From the IMG/VR virus record IMGVR_UViG_3300034071_001657: a stretch of 64,000 nt of DNA, one strand, 5' to 3'. The translations under genes were made by a program, and so were the position numbers. Positions 10,843 to 19,160 of the stretch are shown one piece after another. The notes beneath the pieces were generated by a model that ran no database searches, had not been told where the DNA came from, and saw nothing but the letters and a program-made list of their open reading frames with translations. Source of the DNA: a virus. Numbering within the stretch: the first letter of the stretch is position 1; each line of letters begins with the position of its first letter.

Positions 10843-11028
10843 TTATCCCGTAGAAGCCTCTGTTTTGATTTCTTGAATTTCTTTTCTTCGCTCTTTCGAG
10901 AATTTAATAATTTCTGCAAGTGCTTTTCTAGCTCTAGTTCCGGCTGCTTTGTTACCTTTTGAAACAAACTTATCATTTTCAATTTGATAACTTTCAAATA
11001 ACGACATTAAACTTTCATGATGCGACAT
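10843..11028 (-). CDS. Small basic protein resembling the Hc1/histone H1-like N-terminal domain
   Basis: KFVSKGNKAAGTRARKALAEI...RKEIQ motif. Confidence 0.7.
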   Translation of the reverse strand: MSHHESLMSLFESYQIENDKFVSKGNKAAGTRARKALAEIIKFSKERRKEIQEIKTEASTG

Positions 11029-11094
11029 GGCAATTATCCTTATAATATTTGACTTTTACTTGACAAAGAGTTATTATAGCAGTGCCTTGTTTCA

Positions 11095-11102
11095 TATTTA
11101 TA
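11095..11102 (-). promoter_or_regulatory. T4-type late promoter TATAAATA
   Basis: tatttata upstream of the Hc1-like/gp25/gp6 block. Confidence 0.7.
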
Positions 11103-11103
11103 T

Positions 11104-11586
11104 TCAAACAAAAGCCACAAATTCTGCTTTAAATGTATCTAGGTAATAGTAATAATAGAAATATCTTGTATCAGTAGTATTTATTGTCCTACTTAAAATA
11201 AGTACCTGAAATATTGTTTGTGTAGTTTTTGGTATATCACAAATAATTCCGCCCTCTGGATTAAACATAACTCCTTGATACGACGTATTAAAATCTAGAG
11301 AATATATATCAGATAATCTATAATAACTTCGAATATTTCCGTTTTGTAAAAGATACCAATCTAAGATTCCGCGATAAGTATCCCCGAACCACCTTCCTCT
11401 ATTTCCTTTAAGCCAGGTCCACCAGAAATTTGCATTCGCAACAACTCTAACTCGAAGAGTTGCATCTATAGCATAATTAGTGACGGTAAGGGGATTGCTC
11501 AAAAAGTCTTGATTGATAACAGCGTTAGGCACTCTCGGCCAATTATAACTCGATAATTTTGTAGGATCTGATATGAGGCCTGACAT
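11104..11586 (-). CDS. Hypothetical protein, aromatic-rich, downstream of gp5
   Basis: ORF in operon orientation; no recognised motif. Confidence 0.6.
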   Translation of the reverse strand: MSGLISDPTKLSSYNWPRVPNAVINQDFLSNPLTVTNYAIDATLRVRVVANANFWWTWLKGNRGRWFGDTYRGILDWYLLQNGNIRSYYRLSDIYSLDFNTSYQGVMFNPEGGIICDIPKTTQTIFQVLILSRTINTTDTRYFYYYYYLDTFKAEFVAFV

Positions 11587-11625
11587 GTATAATCACCTAT
11601 AAAAAATTAGTAATTGCTGCTAGAA

Positions 11626-12429
11626 TTATCCTTCAGGAGGATATCTGGATTCGTTTCTGGTATTAAATTCTGCCTGGCCACCTCTAACAACAATACTCTG
11701 TCCCGCTGAAGTAAACTGGCCTAGCGTCATAAGACGAAAATTTTTCACTATTGGACTAGCATCAAATCTATTGTTAACAATTTCTATATTTAAAGCTTTA
11801 AGGGCGCCGTCAATTTGACTTAATTTGTTTGTTAGATCATATGTTCCAGAATTTCCTGTTACTTGAACATCATCTTTGTTCACTACAACTGCGGTTTTTC
11901 TATTATTATGCCTAAGGTCAATTCTATTTTCTTGACTGCCGGCATAGTCTAGAAATTCTAAAGAGTGTCCAGACGGAGAAAAAAATGATTTTCTTTGCGA
12001 TAATCTTTTACGATCTTCAGTAGGATTATTGAAAGAATTTGCTTGATTCGCTACTTCTGAGAAAGTTCTTTTAGTTGTTGGATATTTACCAAATGATTGT
12101 GCGGATGGCACTGCACCCTCTGCAAGTTGAGTCGGCATATATCCTAGAACGGCAGGCTCTTGCGCTTCTGGGCCGTCTAGAAAAAATCCAAACACCCATT
12201 CACCTAATTCTAGTCTAGAAAAATTTCCCGATGAGTTTGGAGAAAGTATAACCGTGGCCCAAGGCAAATCTGAAGACGGTATAGTGTTGTCTCTGTCGGC
12301 AGATTCTGTTGCAGTGTATGGTGGATGATATCCAAAGATTCTGACTTTAACTCTGTTCAACAGAAGAGGATCATCATTATCTTCTACTGTTCCAATCCAC
12401 CAATAAAATCCATCGCGGCCAATAAACAT
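11626..12429 (-). CDS. gp5: Baseplate central spike gp5-like (N-terminal OB-fold, no lysozyme domain)
   Basis: WWIGTVEDNDDPLLLNRVKVRIFGYH...LPWA...WVFGFFLDG..AQEP motif. Confidence 0.85.
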   Translation of the reverse strand: MFIGRDGFYWWIGTVEDNDDPLLLNRVKVRIFGYHPPYTATESADRDNTIPSSDLPWATVILSPNSSGNFSRLELGEWVFGFFLDGPEAQEPAVLGYMPTQLAEGAVPSAQSFGKYPTTKRTFSEVANQANSFNNPTEDRKRLSQRKSFFSPSGHSLEFLDYAGSQENRIDLRHNNRKTAVVVNKDDVQVTGNSGTYDLTNKLSQIDGALKALNIEIVNNRFDASPIVKNFRLMTLGQFTSAGQSIVVRGGQAEFNTRNESRYPPEG

Positions 12430-12432
12430 ATT

Positions 12433-13374
12433 TTATAAGTCCTGCATGTTAACTGTTTTTAACACTGAAGCCGGAACATTGTTAATGACCCATGCATATA
12501 ATTGTCGTTTAACTGCAAGATCATTTACAATAGGTTTTCCAGATTTCTTAAGAGTTAGATATAGGAAATTTTTAACTGTTGGTTTTCCAAATCTAGAGTT
12601 TTTAATTTCTTTTCCACTGCTGTCTGTAAAGTATGTAGTATTCTCTCTGTTGTTTAATATAACATAAAGCGAACCATCAACTTCGTTTGGCAAACCTTTT
12701 TTAACTAAATCGAGAACTGTTCTTGCTGCGCCTTCGTGAGTTTGCAAAAGAATGTCGGCAGGAACAACTCTTTCTCGATCTGCATTGTTTTTAATTGCGA
12801 TTTCGTAATTTGTTAGAACCCAAGTCAAATGAATATTTTTTGGATCATAACCAACTTCTATCAACTTTGGTAGATATGAGTTTAATTCGCTCATGTCTTT
12901 TAGCGTCATATCAAAAATTATATTTGGCAATGTTTTTTCTTTTGCGCCACTTAGAATTAAATCGAGAGTTTTTTCTTTTGCTCCGGTCGCCTTTACTAGC
13001 ATATGCAAAATGAACACATGTTCTGGAGTTCTTAAATCCAAATCTTTAAGAGAAACTTTATCATCGACTAAAATTTTTCTTACCAATGCAAAAACTTCTG
13101 GCGATAAATTTTTACTATACTTTTCCAATAAATCATCAGTGGTAAATTTTTTCAAATTATCTAATTTTTGAAATGATGTTTTCAGTTCATCAACGTCACG
13201 AATTTTAAACAGTTCATCGTGCATGAAGTTTTTGATTGCAAATCCTTTTCCTGAACCTGCGCCACCAGCTAAGAAAACGATTTGACCGTATCGTTTGTCG
13301 TTGTTGTAAATGATAAGTTTTTCATGAAGATTATATTCATATTCGTTGAAAAACTCTGAAAATGTTTTTAACAT
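12433..13374 (-). CDS. P-loop nucleotide kinase-like protein (zeta-toxin/AAA_33-like fold)
   Basis: Walker A FLAGGAGSGKG, IIFDMT and NADRERVVP lid motif. Confidence 0.7.
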   Translation of the reverse strand: MLKTFSEFFNEYEYNLHEKLIIYNNDKRYGQIVFLAGGAGSGKGFAIKNFMHDELFKIRDVDELKTSFQKLDNLKKFTTDDLLEKYSKNLSPEVFALVRKILVDDKVSLKDLDLRTPEHVFILHMLVKATGAKEKTLDLILSGAKEKTLPNIIFDMTLKDMSELNSYLPKLIEVGYDPKNIHLTWVLTNYEIAIKNNADRERVVPADILLQTHEGAARTVLDLVKKGLPNEVDGSLYVILNNRENTTYFTDSSGKEIKNSRFGKPTVKNFLYLTLKKSGKPIVNDLAVKRQLYAWVINNVPASVLKTVNMQDL

Positions 13375-13394
13375 TTATTAACTCTCTAAAGTTT

Positions 13395-14762
13395 TTATCC
13401 TAAAAGTTTATCGATATCATTTTGTAGTGACCCTCTGCTCAATTCTATTTTTTTTCTATATCGTTGTTTATCAATGATGTGTCTACATGCAGTAACCAAA
13501 TATTTACCGGAATGCATTTGGTCGTTTTGCACCTCAGAATTTTCTAATGCTAGTGATTTGGCAACCAAACTAGGTATATCTAATTCTACTGCGTATCCAC
13601 ACCTAATCTTGTTGCTTCCTCCTGGAATATCAATAAGAATTCTTATGCTGCTATTTAATATTGCACCATATGTATCATTTGCAATCCATTGTTTTTTATT
13701 TACAATAGAATCATTTGTCGGACTAACAACTAATCTTTCACCCTGAACTTGAGAAACATTATCATACGAAAAAAATATGTTGCCGCTCTCAATAAATTTG
13801 TTTTGATAAAAGTCCGAATTTAATGCTCTGTCTTTATACGAAATTTTAATGTCACCATATTTTCGTGTTGCTAAATTTATTTCTCTGACTCTAGAATTAT
13901 AAAATCCACCGTTCATGTAATCCAAGTGTTTGTAATTTTCTTGTATTTGAAATGCTGTTGCAACAACATTTGTTTCGGCACCTTCTTCTGTTACATAAAC
14001 AACGCCTGGAACATACAATATTTTTGGTATATTGGCGCCTGATGTTGTCCACCATTTTTTTATTTCAGACAGCCCCATAAAAAGATGTCTATAGTCGGTT
14101 GACTTGTTTGTATTAAATCTCTCAAAAAATACATAATAGTCTCCATCAACACTTGCTCTTTTTGCTAAATGTGTAATGGCTTCTATTGGATTATATCCTG
14201 GACTTACAAACGTGTTTTGTAATCCTGTTCCTATATTCGGTATATTAAGATAAGGATTAATTTCCATAGACGAATATAGTTTTTTAACTATGTCTGTTAT
14301 TGATCTATTGCCACCAAAACTTTTGTATAATCTTTTTTTCTGAGATTCTATAGCAGATTTAGAAGTAAATCGTAAATCATATGTCATAGTATTTTGATCT
14401 TCGACGGCAACTTTAGATATTTCATAGACAACTAAATCATCTCTAGAAACAATTATCTCAGACGTATTTGGTTTTAGTGCTCTAATGGTTATAACTTCTC
14501 CACCGGTGAATATGAATTTTTCTAATCCACCAACATAATCTCTTATGCGAATAAATCCTGAAATTGATGGACTAAAAATATCTTCATAAACTTCCATAAC
14601 AACAAAAACATCAGTGAGAGATACCCTAGTGCCATTTTTAATAACTATAGTTAATTCGTGTAGTGTATATGAGTCTACAAAATGTCTAGGCGTAGCTTCT
14701 TCAGTTGCACCAACTACCGCAGAAGTTGTACTATTAGAAAAATTTGGTAATTCTGTTGCCAT
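13395..14762 (-). CDS. Probable baseplate hub protein (gp27-like)
   Basis: Lies between gp53 and gp5; YEDIFSPSISG and SGKYLVTACRHII motifs. Confidence 0.65.
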   Translation of the reverse strand: MATELPNFSNSTTSAVVGATEEATPRHFVDSYTLHELTIVIKNGTRVSLTDVFVVMEVYEDIFSPSISGFIRIRDYVGGLEKFIFTGGEVITIRALKPNTSEIIVSRDDLVVYEISKVAVEDQNTMTYDLRFTSKSAIESQKKRLYKSFGGNRSITDIVKKLYSSMEINPYLNIPNIGTGLQNTFVSPGYNPIEAITHLAKRASVDGDYYVFFERFNTNKSTDYRHLFMGLSEIKKWWTTSGANIPKILYVPGVVYVTEEGAETNVVATAFQIQENYKHLDYMNGGFYNSRVREINLATRKYGDIKISYKDRALNSDFYQNKFIESGNIFFSYDNVSQVQGERLVVSPTNDSIVNKKQWIANDTYGAILNSSIRILIDIPGGSNKIRCGYAVELDIPSLVAKSLALENSEVQNDQMHSGKYLVTACRHIIDKQRYRKKIELSRGSLQNDIDKLLG

Positions 14763-14768
14763 AGTTAA

Positions 14769-15281
14769 TTATAATAATTCTCGAAGTCCAGTTTCAAACT
14801 GAATAATGTATGGAAAATCTAAAACTTTTATTCTAGCTTTTTTTATATTAAGTCTAGTTTCATATTCAAAAAAAGTTTCTCTATATTTTGACGATCCAGA
14901 AAGAGATTGCCAATATTCCTCACTTACAATTACACCTTCTGAGGTGTAGTGATATGCATAGTTTGACATTGCATATGATATTGATCCGTATTTTTCTTCT
15001 ATGTATTTGTTAAATGTTTCATAATCTTTTGGCCAATCATCGTATATGCTTACGATATTATTGACAAGAAGTAATAAGTATTCATACTTTGGAGAATCAT
15101 ATAATTTAAAAGACACAATATCAGGCCTTTCTCCATTCTGAACAACATATCTTCGTAAATAATTTGAGTCCGAAGATGATAATATAAGATTTTTTACTTT
15201 TGCAGATTTGGTAATATCAACGGCTTTGATTTTATCAAATTCATTTACTGAATATAATATCTTTGGATAATATTGATACAT
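14769..15281 (-). CDS. gp53: Baseplate wedge protein gp53
   Basis: LysM-like YVVQNGERPDIVSFKLY...NNIVSIYDDWP. Confidence 0.9.
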   Translation of the reverse strand: MYQYYPKILYSVNEFDKIKAVDITKSAKVKNLILSSSDSNYLRRYVVQNGERPDIVSFKLYDSPKYEYLLLLVNNIVSIYDDWPKDYETFNKYIEEKYGSISYAMSNYAYHYTSEGVIVSEEYWQSLSGSSKYRETFFEYETRLNIKKARIKVLDFPYIIQFETGLRELL

Positions 15282-15282
15282 T

Positions 15283-16314
15283 TTATCTTATGGTTCTGTA
15301 ATTAAGGTCTGACGATCTGGTTGGATCTGTTTCCACTTTTGTTGAAGTGTCCCCTATTTTAGCGTCTGTGAGGGAATCACCAAGAGTTCTTGGAACAATT
15401 TCAGTCAATTGAATAGTTAAATTCATTTCTGTGGGAACACCATCTTCGAAAAATGTCATTTTCTGTCCACCATAATCTACAGCAACAGAATCTATTACAC
15501 ACGGCTTACTTCTAAATATTTTTTTGATATTTCCATCAACTTTAAATTGAATATCAAATTGTGTCAAGTGCGGATATCCAAATAGAAATGATGTTCCGGA
15601 TCCGATTGTTTTTTCCCCTACTGAAATTCCTGTTGTGCTAGGAACAGATGGAGACGATGCTATTCTAAACACAGAAATTATGTCAAGTGCCGCGCGGGCG
15701 TCTTCTTTGTTTTTGGGTTTTATCGAAACAGGAATTTGATATTTTCTATACTGAGGACCTTTGTAAAGCAATTGTGTAAATGGATTCACCGCTGATCTAG
15801 CACTAAATTCGGCTTGACCAATGTTGTTCAGTCCAGCAGATTGAATAAATCCTTGCACATTAGTTAAGCCTTTTTGTGTTGCGTATTTCATGGCTTCTGC
15901 GGCAGTTAATCCAAAGTTTGCGGCATCAAATCCAGATTTGGTTTTATTTTCGTTAAACACCATATCTGAAAGCATACCAAAGTCTGTACTGGATCCAAAT
16001 ATTGCTTCTGTTCTACTGTATTCTGAAAAATCTGATATGTTAAATTGATTAGGCATTCTTATAAATACTATTGGTGTGTCGGATATTCTTTCAGCATAAC
16101 CATCTAGAAATACAAATTTAATCAATGGAACATTAAATGAATTAGTTTGGCTACCAGGATATGGATATTGAATGTTTTTACCGGCAAGGCCGGCCGTAGC
16201 ATATCTTCCTATGGCATTCGTGCGCCTGGGCTCTGCTACTCTATATCCATTGTCATCTGGATATGATGTGGTTTGATTGTCGGCCACTAATGCAAAAGTA
16301 GTTATCGTTGACAT
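15283..16314 (-). CDS. gp48: Baseplate tail-tube cap gp48-like
   Basis: AVNPFTQLLYKGPQYR and CVIDSVAVDY...FEDGVPTEMNLTIQLTEI motifs. Confidence 0.8.
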   Translation of the reverse strand: MSTITTFALVADNQTTSYPDDNGYRVAEPRRTNAIGRYATAGLAGKNIQYPYPGSQTNSFNVPLIKFVFLDGYAERISDTPIVFIRMPNQFNISDFSEYSRTEAIFGSSTDFGMLSDMVFNENKTKSGFDAANFGLTAAEAMKYATQKGLTNVQGFIQSAGLNNIGQAEFSARSAVNPFTQLLYKGPQYRKYQIPVSIKPKNKEDARAALDIISVFRIASSPSVPSTTGISVGEKTIGSGTSFLFGYPHLTQFDIQFKVDGNIKKIFRSKPCVIDSVAVDYGGQKMTFFEDGVPTEMNLTIQLTEIVPRTLGDSLTDAKIGDTSTKVETDPTRSSDLNYRTIR

Positions 16315-16332
16315 ATATTTCTCCTTTTAACT

Positions 16333-16340
16333 TATTTATA
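16333..16340 (-). promoter_or_regulatory. T4-type late promoter TATAAATA for the gp48 operon
   Basis: tatttata in the 31-nt divergent gap between gp48 and gp4. Confidence 0.75.
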
Positions 16341-16345
16341 ATACT

Positions 16346-16786
16346 ATGGCGTACAAAGGAAAATTTAAACCTAAAAACTATCAGAAATATGCTGGAGACC
16401 CGACCAACATAGTTTACCGAAGTTTATTGGAGCGAAGATTCATGGTTTATTGCGACAATAACCCATCGATACTAGAATGGTCATCGGAGGAAGTTGTCAT
16501 ACCATATTATTCTCCTATTGACAAGAAATGGCACAGATACTTTGTAGATTTTTACGTAAAATATCGAGATTTACACGGTAATATTAAGAAAAATTTAATT
16601 GAAATAAAGCCTTCTTCGCAAACAAAGCCACCCAACAAACCAGAAAGTAGTTCCAAGCCAACAAGACGATATCTAAACGAAGTTATGACATGGGGTGTGA
16701 ATCAAGCAAAATGGAAAGCAGCAATTGAATATTGCAAAGACAAAAATTTTGAATTTAAGATAATTACTGAAAAAGAATTGACATAA
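16346..16786 (+). CDS. gp4: Head completion nuclease gp4
   Basis: MAYKGKFKPKN..KY.GD..NIVYRS, HRYFVDF, IEIKP and NQAKWKAA motifs. Confidence 0.95.
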   Translation: MAYKGKFKPKNYQKYAGDPTNIVYRSLLERRFMVYCDNNPSILEWSSEEVVIPYYSPIDKKWHRYFVDFYVKYRDLHGNIKKNLIEIKPSSQTKPPNKPESSSKPTRRYLNEVMTWGVNQAKWKAAIEYCKDKNFEFKIITEKELT

Positions 16787-16814
16787 ATAGAATCAATGAA
16801 ACTCGGAATCTTAA

Positions 16815-17408
16815 ATGCTAATTTTTAAACAAATCATAGATAAAGGAGTCTCCGCCAATATTCTTCCTGGCAGAACTCTTTTTGCCAGAGATTGGTATCG
16901 TGACGCGGCAACTCAAATAGCTTCTAATAGAGTTTCACCAGGAAGAGTTCAACAATCTTTTGATCCAAAAAGAAAAGTTTCTAGATTAGAACTTGGAAAC
17001 ATGTACATGTTCGTATATGATCCAAAAACAAAAATGGATTTGCCATATTATGACACTTTTCCATTAATATTTCCAGTAGAAACTCATTCGGACGGGTTTT
17101 TAGGTATTAATTTTCACTATTTACCTTTAATTCTACGTGCTAATTTGATGAATGCAATATATTCAACTACAACCGACAGAAAATATGATGAAAATACAAA
17201 AGTGATTTTAACATATAGCATATTAAAACGTGCGTCTAAATATAAAGCATTTAAACCTACACTAAAAAAATATTTAAATTCGCATGTTCGATCACCATTT
17301 TTAGAAATAACTGCTAAAGAATGGGACATTGCACTGTTCTTACCAACAGAAAGATTTAGAAAGTCTTCAAAAGATACAATCTGGAAAGAAAGCAGAGAGA
17401 AAATCTAA
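16815..17408 (+). CDS. gp2: DNA end protector gp2
   Basis: YDPKTKMDLPYYDTFPLIF...FLGINFHYLP motif; CATAAATA upstream. Confidence 0.95.
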   Translation: MLIFKQIIDKGVSANILPGRTLFARDWYRDAATQIASNRVSPGRVQQSFDPKRKVSRLELGNMYMFVYDPKTKMDLPYYDTFPLIFPVETHSDGFLGINFHYLPLILRANLMNAIYSTTTDRKYDENTKVILTYSILKRASKYKAFKPTLKKYLNSHVRSPFLEITAKEWDIALFLPTERFRKSSKDTIWKESREKI

Positions 17409-17409
17409 T

Positions 17410-18174
17410 ATGTTTGCACTATCATCGTTTAAGAGTAAGTTAGATAACTTAACTAGACCAAATAATTTCTATGCAGAAATTGATGCACCAGAGTACATAA
17501 GAAATGCCATAATTAATAGATTGAAATCTGATATTTCTGGTAGTGCTGTTCAATCGGGAAAAACATGGTTCGATAGACTTGCATCAAGTTTTAGTGCAAC
17601 AAGAGGCATAAACGATTCTTTTATGTTTAGATGCGAATCTTCTGAACTTCCAGGAAAAACAATTGCTACATCAGAAGATGTTTCTTTTGGTCCGACAACC
17701 AAACACGCATATGATACTACATACAGTGATATAAATCTAACTATCATGGCAGGTGAAGATATGATAGAGAGAGCATTTTTTGAGGTATGGATGGAAAATA
17801 TTGTGAATAATACTAATTTGGCCGGCGGAGGTATGGGATCAAAGGCTGGATTGATTAAATACTATGATCAATATGCCACTGGTCAAGTTAGACTGTATCA
17901 CACTAATAATTCTGGAAGTGTTGTTGCGCGATATACTTTATACGAAGCTTATCCAATTCAACTAAGCACTATGAATTTAAATTGGGAAGAACAGAATACA
18001 TATCAGAGATTTTCTGCCACCATATCATATAGATATCATGTGGTTGAATTTGCACCAGCAGTTGTGCCTGCTGCTACTGTAAATCCGGCCGATGTTTTAA
18101 AATTAGCTCTTGCTGGACAATCAAGTCCATCTGACGTTCTTGCGGCCGCAAAAGCACGCGCAGGACGGGTATAA
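17410..18174 (+). CDS. Tail tube-like protein (gp54/gp19 fold)
   Basis: RPNNF, CESSELPG and EAYPIQLSTMNLNWE motifs; start moved to ATG 17410 just after the gp2 stop. Confidence 0.75.
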   Translation: MFALSSFKSKLDNLTRPNNFYAEIDAPEYIRNAIINRLKSDISGSAVQSGKTWFDRLASSFSATRGINDSFMFRCESSELPGKTIATSEDVSFGPTTKHAYDTTYSDINLTIMAGEDMIERAFFEVWMENIVNNTNLAGGGMGSKAGLIKYYDQYATGQVRLYHTNNSGSVVARYTLYEAYPIQLSTMNLNWEEQNTYQRFSATISYRYHVVEFAPAVVPAATVNPADVLKLALAGQSSPSDVLAAAKARAGRV

Positions 18175-18213
18175 TAATTTTTAGTTGTTATTTTATTGAA
18201 CGAGGAGTAGAAA

Positions 18214-18954
18214 ATGGCTTTACCAAAACTTAAATCACCAATATTTGAATTGAAAATTCCTTCAACTGGAAAATCTATCAAATACAGACCTTTCTTAGTG
18301 AAAGAACAAAAACTACTTTTGATGGCGCTAGAGAGCCAAGAAACGGAAGAAATGTTTCGAGCGATCAAGCAAATCATTAATAATTGCGCAGTCGATGAGA
18401 TTGACGTAGATGATTTGCCGATGTTTGATTTGGAATATTTTTTCTTACGGCTTCGTGCAAAATCAATTGGAGAAACGATTGAACTTAAACTAAAACATAA
18501 TGATGGGAAAAATTCAAAGGGTGTTGAGTGTTCTCACGTAACTTCACAAACTTTAAATCTGTTAGAAGTTGAAGTGCAGAAGGAAGAAGGGCACACCAAT
18601 AAAATTATTATCGATGACGAATCAAAAGTCGGTGTTGTCTTAAGATATCCTACTGTTGCACTTGCTAATCGGCTGCAACAACTCGGACCACAGAATCAAA
18701 TTGATTCAGTTGTTTCTGTTATCGTCGAGAGTATCGATTACATTTTTGATGCTGAAAATGTTTATCCCGCTTCAGAATCAACAAAAGAAGAATTGATGGC
18801 ATTCATAAACGACTTGTCGCAAGAGCAATTTGGAAAACTTGCACAGTTCTTTAACTCAATGCCAAAACTAAAACATGTAGTCAAATGGAAATGCGAAGGC
18901 TGTGGCGCTAGCGATAAAGTAGAAATGGAAGGAATGGCAAATTTTTTCGGCTAG
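18214..18954 (+). CDS. gp26: Baseplate hub assembly protein gp26
   Basis: MALPKL...KYRPFLVKEQKLLLMA, FDLEYFFLRLRAKSIGE and CEGC motifs. Confidence 0.92.
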   Translation: MALPKLKSPIFELKIPSTGKSIKYRPFLVKEQKLLLMALESQETEEMFRAIKQIINNCAVDEIDVDDLPMFDLEYFFLRLRAKSIGETIELKLKHNDGKNSKGVECSHVTSQTLNLLEVEVQKEEGHTNKIIIDDESKVGVVLRYPTVALANRLQQLGPQNQIDSVVSVIVESIDYIFDAENVYPASESTKEELMAFINDLSQEQFGKLAQFFNSMPKLKHVVKWKCEGCGASDKVEMEGMANFFG

Positions 18955-18956
18955 CG

Positions 18957-19157
18957 ATGTCTAGTGAGGACTTAGTTACGCACTACAAGACTAATTTTGC
19001 CCTCATGCAACATCATAAATACAGTTTAACTGAACTTGAAGAAATGATGCCCTTTGAAAGAGAAATCTATATTACTTTGTTAACTCAGTTTTTGAAAGAA
19101 GAAAACGAACGAATCAAGTCTCAAGAGGCTGAGGCAAAAAGCAAACGAAGAAGATAA
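18957..19157 (+). CDS. gp51: Baseplate hub assembly catalyst gp51-like
   Basis: YKTNFALMQHHKYSLTELEEMMPFEREIY motif. Confidence 0.9.
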   Translation: MSSEDLVTHYKTNFALMQHHKYSLTELEEMMPFEREIYITLLTQFLKEENERIKSQEAEAKSKRRR

Positions 19158-19160
19158 TAT

